Origin: Chrysomallon squamiferum
Lineage: Eukaryota > Animalia > Mollusca
DNA length: 64,000 bases
Reading direction: 5' to 3'
NCBI GenBank assembly: GCA_012295275.1
Contig: CM022678.1
Coordinates: forward strand, 8,370,001-8,434,000
This document shows, one piece after another, positions 51,001-64,000 of the stretch. Under the pieces are notes generated by a model that did no database searches, was not told the DNA's origin, and saw only the letters and a list, made by a program, of their open reading frames with translations. How positions within the stretch are numbered: position 1 is the stretch's first letter; every line of letters starts with the position of its first letter. The position numbers were made by a program, and so were the translations under genes.

Positions 51001-54000
51001 ACATATTATTTAATGTATCAATACATTTTCTTTGTGGAAATTTCTTACACAACCCCAGTTGAAAATCAAGTTCAAATTATTTGCATATAATGGATGCATC
51101 ATGAATAAATAACTATAATGCAAAATAAATTAGTTTTTTGAAAACTATTTTAATTATCAAGTTATGAAATAAGCCAAGTAAAAATATTTGAAACATGTCA
51201 ACATTCTGAATAAACAATATCTGTGTCTTAATCTTATATGTGGCTCTTACTACAGAAATGGGGTTTATGGTCTTTCTGACAAGCCTAGATCCAGTTTCTT
51301 CAGTACACTCCTGTACCTCATCATGCAGCTTGAGGACTTTGTAAGCTACTTAAACACTGCAAACTCTGATCAGACTGTGTGAATGTACACTCTGATCTGC
51401 ATCTACAATGGCAAGCCCTGTTTCTACAGTCAGAACCACATATAACAATAACAACCCATTCCTCCAATTAAAGGACACAACTGATTCATGCGTTTGTCAA
51501 TGCACAGCCAACTTTACAATCTCATCAACCAGTGAGAGTGAGTCTTCTGATTCCTCACTGATCAAAAAGTCAAGTGGAAAGCTTTCCCTGCAGCATAGTG
51601 TATTCATTCATTCTAAGACCAATCACTTGTTCAAGATGAATCTAACATGGTCAGTTTGTCTCGACATCCACAGACAGTGATGTGAAACACCATCAGTAAA
51701 CATGGGATTTGTTCATTTACACACACAGCAATGTCAGACTCAGTCTGCTAATACAAAGACTCCTGGAAGAAGTTTATTCAATAAAATACAATCAAAAATA
51801 TGTTTTGTTGTTGTGTTTGTATGATGTCCAAGTCTGAGCTCATTAAACATTTTAAGACACAATATAAATACTTTAGAACAATCTATTACCGCTACTGTCA
51901 TCTGATCAAAGTGTTTTCTGAATTCTAGAGGCACTGTTTTTTTAGGATTGGATTAATGCAAACATCAAGGTTAATGTAAAATGGCATATGTCCTTTATCC
52001 TCACCTTGACCATGACCTACATAATTTTCAGTTATCCTTGTGTTAGTGGAGTATCAGAAACTGAAATCACACTTACTGGTTCATCTGGTGTTGAGACTCA
52101 GAGAAACAGTGGCTTCCATTTATCTCCCCTTGACTGGAAATACATCAGCTGTGACAGGTGATGTTTGAGGAGGCTTCCTAGGCTTTGTTGGAGATGTTGT
52201 CCTCTTTCTGGGAGTCTCGTCTCTTTCCTCTGCTTTTGAATGATTTAAGTGTTTTTCTTTGGCTGGTTTTAGCTCAGCTGACATTAAAGGTTCAAGTTTT
52301 TCTCCATGATCACTGACATTCGACTGTTGAGGTTGGTTGCCTGGTGTGACACTCTTCAACTTCGTGCTGTCAGAATTGTTGTAGTTCAACATGGTCGGCT
52401 GCAGTGTCTGTGGGGCTCAAGGTCACCAACATTGAGCTGATCATCGGCAAAAGTTTGACTCGACATTAACCAAGAAAGTGGACAACTCACTGGTCTGATT
52501 CTGATTGGTGGGAGCCTCATCTGAGCAGATAAATAAATAAATAAACAAATCAATCAATCAATAAAATACATAATCTGATATTAAATAAATTTTAAAAAAC
52601 CACAAATAGAATATTAAATAAAGAATTAACCAGTTTTCTTTCTTTTTTTCCTCAATTCAACAAAGAAATCTATTATTTTATAACAAAAACAACTTGTACT
52701 ACTACTACAACTACTGCTCCTGTTGCCACAGCTACTTTTCATTTTACTTTTATCATAACAATTTCTCATTTAACCGTCATATACTCACACTCCCTCTATT
52801 ACTACTACTACTGCAACAACAAAATTACTATTAATACTTCTGCTACTACTACAACTAGTACTATGACTACAGTTATTTTTTATCTGACCATTAGTCACAC
52901 AAGTCACATTATGATCACAGAGGGTAATTAGCTAAAATATCATCTATTACTACAAACAAGAACTATTATTATTAAGTACTAAAGCTATAACAACTACACT
53001 ACTGCTACAATGGGTTGTACTACTATTACTGCTAAGAAATAAAACAATGCCAATTGAAGTATGGAAATATGGAAGAGTACTAAGTTAGCAAGCTATTTGT
53101 ATGCTACAATTACATTACTTATTATTATTAACATCTCTGTCCGTTCTGCTGTCTGTGTGTGAACCATCCTCAAGTTTAGGTATCAACACTTGTCAGTTTT
53201 GTGGTATGTTTCTGAAAAAGTAAAAACAAATATAATTTAATTTTTTGTTGTTTTTATTAGTAACATAATTTGTTGTTATATGTATATAAATGCCATTTAC
53301 TGATAGAATGTTTGTTGAAAAATCAGTATCTTTTAAACAAATTTCATTATAACCTGATAATTGATAAACATAAATTCTGAAATAAAGAAGAAATATTTTA
53401 TTTAAGAACACACACCACGTTTTTTGTATCACTAGTTCTTTATTTCATAAAAGGTAAATAACAATACAGCTAATGAAAAAGAAAATGTGTTTCTGCAATA
53501 TAAAGTGACACCTTTTTTAAACAAGAAGTCAAAAATCTACTTTTAATATACAAATTTCCAGAGATCTTAAAATAGCACCATTACACTTAGAGTTAGATCT
53601 CTCAGTTAATTGTAACATTTGTTCTAAAGTTTGTATGTTACTCAAATCATGATGCTTATTTATAGCAAGTTTAACATATTCCTATTTTAAAGCATTTTGT
53701 ATATTGTAATATTTCTTGTTGTCTAATTTACTCTTATTTAGTGCAAAATGTTTTATATTTTAAGTTATTTGATCAAAGAACAGGTTCAGTTTGTAACAAA
53801 GGACACTCAGAAGCATTATTAATTACTTCAACAAAAGCTTTACAAAAAAGTTCATCTTTCAACAGTTCATTATTAAAAATTCAAATACCTTGTCCTCTCT
53901 CTACAAAAGAAAAATCTATTTTCAGTGATAAAAACTTGTTATGACTAACTGGCGTATACGATATGAATACATTAATTATAAACTGTTATAAATTTCGAGA

Positions 54001-55013
54001 AATTAAAAATAAATCAATTCTTGACTGTCTTATAGTTTTCTCAACAATTTGAGATCTAGTAAATTGTCTTTTATCTGGATTTCTGTGTTGCCAAATATCA
54101 ACTAAATTATAATTATAAACAACTGACTGTAATTCATCACTATTTTTCATACTGAAAGTTTTATTATTAGGATCTCAAATTACATTAAAATATCTGTATT
54201 TTTAAAATCCACAAATTTACATAATCCTTCAAAAAATAAAATTCTTTCTTCAATATTATTAGGCACATATACACTTATAAAACTATATTCATCATCATCT
54301 ATTTAAGTATTAACTTTTAAAATCCTGCCTTCAGTGTCGCAACTATTAAAGGTAAACTTATAAGGATTGTGAAAGATAAAATTACCCGCACAAAAAGAAA
54401 ACCCACTCCTTATCTTAGATATTAAGATTCATAAATTTACTTTATGCTAAGAAATATATAAGAACACAAACTCAACTTCACCTGCTCAGATTTGTTTCTC
54501 TTTGTGTTGGCAGTAGTACAAACTTCATTTAACAGAAAATAATTGTGTCCTCAGTGCCTGATGGAAGTTCACTGGATGTGTTAAAAGTTGTATTATTCTG
54601 AAAATTTTAAAATTGCTTGTTCAATATGCTGCATGTACAGATCTCTTAAAGTCTGAATTTTAAATAATAAAATTGTATTTAGATAGGTAAAAACATCATT
54701 CAGTGTATATACTAAAACTAAATATTTTTACCATATATTTACCATTTATTTTCCAAAGTATAAAATGAAGAAAATAAACTTTAACAAACAAACTCATTTT
54801 AATAAAAGGAGATTTAAAATGTTTGGTAATTAACAAAATAATAATACAAAAATTAAGTATAAGTATATGTATGAGTATAAATTATAAAAATAAATAAAGA
54901 AATAAAACAACAGAATTCCTGATGGCCGGGACAGTAAATTCTACCAAAACAACTGCACTGGCATATGTCAACATTAGCGCATCAATTAGAGCTGTATGTG
55001 CCAAAACAAATAA

Positions 55014-55048
<35 letters not shown>

Positions 55049-55603
55049 ACAGTTATAATAAATAACTAATATTAGTGGACTGTTCACACAATATGGGCTG
55101 TGGGATATTTTCAGTGTACATTGTTATTAATAAATAATTTTTCTGAGTAATGTCTAATCATTATAATGATAATAATGAAACAATTAACAAAACAACAGCA
55201 AATAACTTAATAAGTGATTATTATTACGATATTTTATAATCAATAAATAATAGAGTTTCTACAAAACTTATTTTACTCTCTAATACACAAAAATTAAATT
55301 AAAAACTCACATCTCAGAATGGTGTAGTCTACATAAGAATAGAATGGTTTTTTAAAAGGTGATTCATCCTTCTCCATGATGTAAATTCCCTTTCATGACA
55401 GACCTAATAATAATGCAGTGACGTTCGAAAAATCGCAACACCAGTAGTAAATACAATGTTTATTATTTTTTGTAAGAACATGATATTTTTTTGTTATCAA
55501 ACTACATTTGTCAGATAAATGCATTTCTCTCTGCTTATTTAGTTATCATCGTTTGTGAATGTTATAATAAATATACTGACATATGAAATTGCCAACACAC
55601 ACA

Positions 55604-55666
<63 letters not shown>

Positions 55667-55880
55667 AATACGATTATAGTATATACGGTGAACACCTCTC
55701 TTTTTGCTTCTTTCACACACAGAATGATAGATAGACATACAGTGATACACTGATACACTCATACAGTGATACACATTACATCATGATCATGTTTACCTCG
55801 TTCCATGGCTGAAAATGTCCGCATATCTCTGCATCCGATTTACGCTTTGGATTCACACAAACATAAAACATCCCAATCCA
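48030..55880 (-). pseudogene. Scattered degraded exons of an unidentified minus-strand gene or genes
   Basis: GC-richer blocks, several with minus-strand splice signals: about 48030-48540 (RETLF.LAGRVLMEGLIKLMH...VRELLDQESHFF, with stops), 49863-49990, 50385-50451, 50619-50717, 52075-52520 (Pro/Ser/Lys-rich), 54481-54597, 55311-55402 and 55797-55881. Multiple stops and indels. Confidence 0.4.
51465..51945 (-). mobile_element. Fossil PIF/Harbinger (ISL2EU-like, DDE_Tnp_4) transposase fragment
   Basis: Across frameshifts the minus strand reads KTVPLEFRKHF..VAVIDCSKVFI / AQTWTSYKHN / LNKLLPGVFVLAD* / IHLEQVIGL..NEYTMLQG / PLDFL...DEIVK/GCALTN..SVVSF. These match, in order, the family motifs IIDCxEVFI, AQTWSxYKHHNT, LLPGDxVLADRGF, RIHVERVIG and DKIVxVCCALxN. 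Confidence 0.85.
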
Positions 55881-57180
55881 TTTCGATTCTCGTGAAATAT
55901 TTCCAAAATTCTATTAAACTGAATAATCAACAAGTAAAACGTTAACGAAATAAAAAAAATAAAAAAATAGTCTGGTTATCAAGCATCAGTTCAAACTGGT
56001 TAGAAAAGCGTAGCGTACATTCGAATCCGTGTATTCGAAACATCGTTGTTTATCAAGACTGATTTTATTTAGTATTTAAGAAATTATTAATTTGTTTATT
56101 CTTATAAAAAATATTACAAAATTTGTAGAAATTAATTCCCCGAAACCATCTCCACAAATCAAACAAAACAATTCCTCAGGGTTAAAAATTAAAGTTTAAA
56201 TGAAACAGATATATGATTGTATTTTATTTTATTTTATTTTATTTATATATTGATTTATTTTTCATTATTATTATTATTATTATTTTTTGCAACCAGACAT
56301 TTTTCTGAGGAGAACGGATTGTGTTGTGTATGTACATAATTTATTTATTTTGCTAGGCAAAATATCTAAAGAGGACTGGAGTGTCACCGTTTATTCGGCC
56401 GAGATGATCCGAACGGTCCCGATCAGTTTTACGATCCTAGGTCAGCGAGACTCGTGGTTTTGTTTATCAAGACTAAAATTAACGCCAGCCTTATCCGGTC
56501 TAGGAAGTTATTGTTTATAAACTGATGTTGGCAAATTTAGGTAAGGCCACTTTATCGAACTACTAGCAAACCTTTTATATGAAATAAATATTTGATATTA
56601 ATACTGTCTCTTGTGTTACAGATAAAAGGAGACTTCTCCATAATCTTTTTACCACCGCAGTCGCCGAATCGGAACTTTTATATTTTTTTATTTTACTAAA
56701 CTAATTTTATCACTGATAAATTTTACATTTTTTTTAGTTAACTAATTTTATTGATAAAAGTTATTAGTGATAAATCTAATTTATCACTTTGCAGGATAAA
56801 CAAGCCCTCTTCTGTCCGGAAAATGGACCAAGTTCTCCCAAGCCTAGTATGACCACTTGACCATGTGTGCAGTGCACAGTTCAGTGAAGAGCAATCACTT
56901 CTCCACTTCTGGCTGTTAAGAGAAATTTGTACAGACTCGGACACTCAGATGTGCTCAGCATGTTTGTAAACAGATGCTGGGTATAATGGACAAGTAATTC
57001 AGTTTACTACTAGATTTTATAAGTTACTTAATGCCATCTGAATGTTTCAATATTAATATTATATATACTTTTATTGTTTATTTCTAAATGATAATAAAAT
57101 AACATGTATATAAAATAAACATGATTTAAAAAAAGGGATATGCAGATATTGTTTTCATACAAATTTCATAAAAATCAATA

Positions 57181-57219
<39 letters not shown>

Positions 57220-58292
57220 CATAGTAATAATAAAATTGAAAACAATAATAACAAGAAAAAGATGAATAATAATGATGATAACCCATAATGTTAAAAAATT
57301 TGTAAGAAAGCAGATTTTCAAAAAGTGTAACAATAAAATATTGTAATGTTAAAGTATTTACTGTTTTTGAAATTTACTTACTTTATTTTTTGTTTTAGGG
57401 CAAATGTAGCTGCATATCTCAGCATCAACAATGTTCTGCCAACCTGGTTACTCACCAAGAGGCTTGAAGACAGAGACAGCAGGAAACTAGTTAATGTAAG
57501 AGTTTTGTGTTTGACTGTCATGTTCTAAGTTAATACAGTTTAACTGCACCTTGATACAAATACTCAGAGTAATTAATCTTCAGTATTTGTTTTTTAAAAA
57601 ACATTATGTATTATACATAATGCATTATAAGAAAAGTATAGACACTCGGATATATATAGATCTATATTAAGGTAGGAATCAATTTGTTTATTTTATTTTA
57701 TTGTTTATTAAACAATTGATATATCTTTGTGATACATTAACAATGTACATTAATATGAAAATAAATTATAATTTTATATTTTTACCTCATCATTGTTAAT
57801 ATTACAGGTAATAATTTTTATTTTGTTTTTATTTTTGTTTTTAGATAATTATTGTTGTTATTACTGTTGAAATGTTTTCAGCAACTATTCCCATTTATTC
57901 AAATGTATTAGTTGTTTTCCTCCATTTCAAAAACAGCAACTAAAGTTTCGTTAATTTTAATAGTTAGTAACTTTGGATACAAACTAGCAACAGGTACAAC
58001 TCATGTGTTGTGAGTACAGAATATTGCTTTATACATTTATCTAGAAAAAAGTCCTTCGTTTCATAAACATTTAATAATCTTTCCTGTTGTATCTTTTTAA
58101 CTTTCATCTTTTTTCTTTTCTTTTTTTTAAGTTTTATTTCTTTTTATCCTTTACATACGTATGAACATGTACATTTATGTATTAAAACATAAATCTTTAA
58201 TTGTATTAAATATAAATGCAGAAAAAAAAATGAAAGTCATTTCAAAGTTTTTGTTACTTTATTGTTAATATTAGTTATTATTATTCTGATGG

Positions 58293-58345
<53 letters not shown>

Positions 58346-61300
58346 GACTATTATTATTATTATTGTGTAGATATAAATGAGTGTACATCAACTGATGTCA
58401 GTATTACTAAGTATACTGATACTTGTACTAACAGAATCAGTGGATTCACTTGTTCCTGTCTGGCTGGGAAGAAACTAGAAAATGACCAGACAACATGTGT
58501 TAGTAAGCAGAATTTCTCATTACAAAATACAATAATGTAAAAATACATTTTTAAATATTTTAAAAACATAATTATATTTTGAAATCTGAAGCAACTTATT
58601 CTGTAAAATAAGACATTTTCATGATATTTAGATTATTCTTTTAATATAATTTTATAAATTTTGTTTTATAATAATTACTAACACAAAATTTTTATTTTAA
58701 TTTAATTTATTTATTTTCAAATTAAATTTTATTTTTCCCTCTCAGACCATTGTCAGTGTAAAGCTGGCTGGGTGGTGTGTGATGTGAAAACAACAGAGAT
58801 GAATGTAGTGTTTCAACAGTTTCATGTCAAGCAAACAGCATCTGCAAAAACCTGCCAGGCTCCTATCATTTGAGTGTAAGACAGGATATCACAACATGTC
58901 AGATGAATGTATAGGTGAGTAGAGTATACTTAATAAATAGTTAATTACTCAGTATTAAAAATGTGTTAACAAGTTGAAATTACAATGTTTTATTTAATAA
59001 AGTCTAAAGTTATAATTCCTTATTATTTATGAAATAGTTGTATGTTACAAATGATTTCATATTTAATAGACAGTTACATGTTAGAAATGATTTCTTATTA
59101 TTTATGAAATAGTTAAATGATACAAATGATTGATGAATTTTTTTACATATTTTTGTGATTTTAATTACCAAAGAAAACAGAATGGATGTTTTAAACTGAA
59201 AAATTACATAGAAATGAGTTAATTAATATCTCAGTCACAAAATTAACTTTTTCTGCATTAAAATATAATAAATACATAAATATAATAATAAAAATAATAA
59301 AAGTCAATTTGGTACCAGTAACTTTAGTTTTGCAGTTTGAGTCACATTAATTTTTAGGAACATCACCTACAAAAATAAACAAAGATAAAAATAAAAATCA
59401 TGTTTTACAACTAATAATTCAACTATTATTCGTCAGATATTTATTAATTAATTCATTCATCCATTCACTCTTTACCTTCCTCATTTGTTCACTGTCTCCA
59501 CCTTCATCATTCATTCATTGATGTAAAAGATCATTTTTTTAAATTGTTCAATGAATGTTTGTTATCATTCTTGTACTAACACTGAGAAAAGCTACATTTG
59601 TTCTTGTCACAGTGGTTTCAAATTATAAAATATTTTAATTGTATTTTAATTGTGACAAAATTTGATAAAATTATAAACTATTTTATTTTCATTTGTACCA
59701 GAATGTGAATAAATTGTTAATTATTTTATTTTGTTGTGACAAAATATAATAAAGTTATAAAACTATTTTATGTTCAGTTGTGACAGTGCTGCAGTGAACA
59801 GTTCGTGTGAACAGGGCTGCAGGGTGCATGACACAGTGGAGCAGTGTTTGTGTAGAAATGTTTACCTTGAATTCAGACAACAAAACATGCTCAGGTGAGT
59901 CAGTTCTATCTGGTTCTCAGGTTAATTTGTTCACTTCAAGCATTCTTAGTTTATTCATATTTCGAGTGTAAGTGTTATCTCATTGAATCTGAATTGTCAG
60001 AATTTCTACCATTATCTGTTTTTTTAATTTATTAATAATGTCCTATTCATCATATATTCAGCAATCAGTTTGCAACTTATGTATGCATTAGTAGCTTTTG
60101 TGCTATTCAAATAGTTATGTTAAAATTCTTATTTCTGGAATTAAGAAAAATTTCAATGCAGTTAATACTGTTTCAGAAACTTGTCAGAATTTATGAATAA
60201 ATTTTATTAATAATAGTTACATCTGTGTAACTTAAACTTGATTAATTTTAGAAATGCTCAGAACTTATGCATTTTAAATTTCAGTTAACCCATATTTTAG
60301 AAATAATTTCTGTGTAAATGATATTTGAGTAATTTTAGAGACTTGTCAAAATGTATGAGAAAGTTTAATTGTTGTTAATGATTGAGATATAATTTATCTG
60401 TTTCTCTCTTTCAGATATAAATGAATGTAATTCAAAAATATTTACACTCAGAACTAAAACTACTAAGATGGAGTCTACACATGTAACTGTATGGATGGTT
60501 ATAAATGGGAAACTGACAAAATTACTTCTAGAGGTAGATATAAATATTAGTATATAACACACACATCAACAGATGCATATACAAATATTCACACACATGA
60601 AACATGCACACACAAACCTCCATATACATACATATACAGTGAATTTAATTAACTCAAATCAAATACAGTGAAATCAATAAAATGAAATGATATACATTCA
60701 AATGAAATGCAGTTTGATACAGTGCAATACAATAAAATAAATGAAATGAAATGAAATACTATGAAATACAATACACCACAACATAACACAATACAGTACA
60801 TTAATTGAACCGAACTGAACAAATTGAACTGAACTGAACTGAAATGAAAGAAATGAAATAATGATAAAATATAATAAAATCAATGGAATAAAATGAAATA
60901 AAATAAAAAGTAATATGTGAAATGATTCACAGTGAAATAAATGAAATGAAATGCAATACAATGCTAAATTAAACTGATTTTGTCCATGGAATAAATGGCT
61001 TTTTACCAGTAAGTAAAAAATCATGAAAATAATTAAGTGACAACCCATCCCATTTGAATCATATCAATCTTCATTTTACATGGTAAATTGTATAATATTG
61101 TTTATACACGTCTGAATATTATTTTAATTTTAATAAAAAAAAATTTCAGTTTCCTTTATCGTAAGCTTGTTTTGAGAATGAAAGAAAATGTGAGAAGTGA
61201 CATTAATTCTAAGTGACTTGTTGTGTTTATCTCCAAGTTCTTCAAGTTTTCTCACATTAAGGAACAAACTAAACAGAAGAAACAGCAGAAGATAAAACCA

Positions 61301-62300
61301 CAACAAATATGAAGGACTGAATTCTTGAAGAATATTGAGAACTTTAGAAAGTTCCACACCAAAAGTAATATTTTAAAAACAGTTACTTGTTATGTGGACT
61401 GCACTTCTGAAGAATTTATAAATCTGTGAAACTGTGATTTCAGATTCAAAGTGGCATTCATGCAAGATACAGTCAGACATAGACCAGTAGACAGAATGTT
61501 TGGACCAGACAGTCAAGTGTGTGAAAAAGAAATTATTTTTAAAAATGTCTGATGTAGAAATCCTTGATTTACTGCTTTAAAAAACTAAAAATTGTATAGC
61601 TCAAGGGAGATAACTTTATTATTATTGTTTTTTTAATTAAAGTAGTGGTAAAGATTTATGAAAATATTTGTTAATAAAACATAAAATGGAAGAAGATCTG
61701 TTGTTTGGAAGATATTTTCTTAATGATTACTTTGCAGATTACATTGTATGTCAAGTTGTTTAGTAATTTTTTATTTCTAACCAAATGTCTTGGTATTTAA
61801 AAAAAAAAAAATTATTAATATACTTTTATTGGATAAATCAGAAATCTTGTTTTGTAGCATTCTCAGCACCTTAAACCTTTTTAAACATTTTAAATAATTT
61901 TTAATTTGAAAGTTCAGATTCATCTTATACCATATTTCTCTAAATTATTTATTAAGGATTTTGTTGAGGCTTTTCTAAAATTATCTTTTTTATATGCAAA
62001 AGTAGTTTTGATGTTGATCTTTTCTTTTTCGTGTTCACATAAATATTTCAAATTAATTTGTTTTCTGTTTTTCATTACATATTTGTAGCTACTATAGTAG
62101 CAATAGTAATTATAGTAAGACGTAATAAAAATAACAATGGCATAAGTAATTCAGGGAGTTCTGTAATAATGGCACTATTATTAAAAACATTTTGATGTGT
62201 ACAACATATTCAGTGAGTAATAAAAACACTTTGCATAGAGATAAATAATGAGGGTGTTGCCTGTTGCAGAATATATTGATGAATACATTTCATATTTGTT
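53136..62300 (+). repeat. Segmental duplication A, copy 2
   Basis: Collinear with about 20-7950, apart from one displaced block and non-shared segments (e.g. about 57070-58360). Confidence 0.93.
58371..60532 (+). pseudogene. Degraded calcium-binding EGF-repeat exons, copy 2
   Basis: Phase 1-1 exon 58371-58502 reads DINECTSTDVSITKYTDTCTNRISGFTCSCLAGKKLENDQTTCV (one Cys lost). Exon 58746-58914 is frameshifted twice. Further relics at about 59540-59625 (CTNTEKSYICSCHSGF), 59786-59894 and 60415-60532 (DINECN...CNCMDGY). Confidence 0.85.
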
Positions 62301-63011
62301 TTGTTTCTGTGTATCTGGTTTTTTATAAATAGATACATAGATAAATACAAGTATGGTTTAACATGATGGAGTTAGACACTGCACTAGATGTCAGTCTTAT
62401 CTGATGATCAAATCGGGAGCAAATCCTTTTTTTAAACAAAATGCCATTGAAATATATAAATATACTGAAATCACTTGGGAGAGAGAAAATTAATCGTTAG
62501 GATCTAAGACTTTATCTTCTATAAAAATAATTATCTCTCAGTTAAATTCAACAACAATAAAAAGTATGGGGGAGGATTGGCTAAGGGTAGGTTTACAGTT
62601 AGATTTAAGACTTACTAAGATTTATAAACTGTTCTTTTTTTAGACTATTATAAAAAATCTAGAATCGAAAACCATCACATTTTCTCACTCGTACCAAAAG
62701 AAGTTAAAAAAAGAAAAGAAAAAAAAAAAATAATTTTAGAATGGCGAAAACAACAGAAACACGTGCTTGTTTATATAACAGAACTACATAGGAGGGGAGA
62801 TAATCGAAAACGTTTAGTGTTTCTGTCTCTGATTTAGAAATGTTCTGTCTAAACTGATGATAGTGAAACCAAAGTAATCATCTTTTAATGATTCAAATCA
62901 AACCAGAAGGTGATTTTATTCGCTTTGGAAAGTTTATTAAATCATTTACTTCAGATTTTCTGAGGTTCTATTTATGGACAAACACTGATTGAGATGACGC
63001 ACATTTACATC

Positions 63012-63025
63012 GTTTCTATGACAAC
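63012..63025. promoter_or_regulatory. Candidate RFX X-box
   Basis: GTTTCTATGACAAC resembles the 14-bp imperfect palindrome GTTNCCATGGNAAC. A CRE-like TGACGCA lies just upstream, in a CpG-richer region. Confidence 0.3.
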
Positions 63026-63179
63026 TGTAGAACAAATTTCAACAGTATTTAACAATGTAATAATCACACCTATCTGTGTCAGTTAAATTTCTTTGTTATG
63101 GACATCGCTATAAATAGCGACTTTCTTTTACGATAAAATAGCTAAATGGCGGTCTAAATGTAGTTAATCAAACATAAAG

Positions 63180-63243
<64 letters not shown>
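63180..63243. repeat. (CT)n(GT)n compound microsatellite
   Basis: Perfect dinucleotide runs. Confidence 0.97.
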
Positions 63244-63246
<3 letters not shown>

Positions 63247-63539
63247 AAGTAAACATTTTTATCTCCATGGTATAAAGCTGATACAACGCAGTGAACTTTA
63301 GACTTGACAAAACAGATTAGTAGGTCTTGTTTTGCTCACTCGTGTTTTGATAACAAGTTCGTTACACAAACTAAACCAGATAACACATATTTCAAACTGT
63401 GGTCGTAGAACGTTTCGAATTTACAATAATACTAAAATTAATTCAATGCAACTAAATTTATTAGATTAAAAGAAATGACTGGCAATAGTAATAGTAGTTG
63501 TAGTAGCTGCAGTAGAAGTATTATTTGTATTTATATTTG

Positions 63540-63582
<43 letters not shown>

Positions 63583-64000
63583 TGAATTATATTTTAAGTA
63601 TTTGAAACTGCATTCAGCGATTAAATCAAGTTTTTCCTCTACACACTGTATTACCTTGAATACAACAAAGATAACAGAAGATTTATGTTAAGAAGTATTT
63701 TATCTGTGTCAGTCACGCGGTCAGCAGATTGTTGGAGACAGAAATATTTGATATCAATATCAAGTGTTTAATAATAAAGTTATTTGATTTAGCCTGAAAG
63801 TTGACAACATGCCAAACAAACAAAGATAAACACGCTATAGGGAAACATATTCACGAATAAAGAGCTACCAAAAATGGCTTGTGCGATCCTCCTGTAATTT
63901 ACCGAGCGCCAGATTGGTGACATTTCGTGTTCTACTAACTTGGCGAAGAAGAGAAAACACACGAGATAAATTAAGTCATAAGAAAGCGGTAACTTTGAAA

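Noticed and set aside
57399-57494. Exon-like segment with LLTKRLEDRD, reminiscent of the cadherin LDRE motif
   Set aside because: Too short and lacking other cadherin motifs, so left unassigned.
62570-62610. Telomere-like taagggtaggtttacagttag
   Set aside because: Too degenerate; no TTAGGG array.

Overview
This is an AT-rich, intron-containing animal genomic window. A mollusc is likely, inferred only from the gene families and repeat style. It consists of three contigs joined by two 200-N gaps (8091-8290, 28004-28203). Only one gene looks intact: a two-coding-exon TRIM-like E3 ligase (8789-9074 + 9432-11122, 658 aa by manual splicing) with a C3HC4 RING, coiled coil, Thr/His/Asp-rich 24-aa repeat linker and NHL-like propeller, and no B-box. 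The rest is a mosaic of duplicated, decayed, intron-retaining gene pieces. These are a clear MCC (mutated in colorectal cancers) pseudogene on the minus strand ending in NETSL, with its last two exons present twice; an RI-type LRR gene remnant (twice); a calcium-binding EGF gene remnant (twice); unidentified exons; and a fossil PIF/Harbinger (ISL2EU-like) transposase. Two direct segmental duplications organise the window (about 20-7950 vs 53136-62300, and about 19565-28003 vs 28822-36800); the second may be an assembly haplotype overlap. The most unusual signal is that several minisatellites are built from exon sequence, including one made of tandem copies of an MCC exon end plus its splice donor. 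Most ORF-track entries are microsatellite artefacts. I see no convincing new multi-gene system. All alignments were made by eye against remembered family consensus, with no database search.
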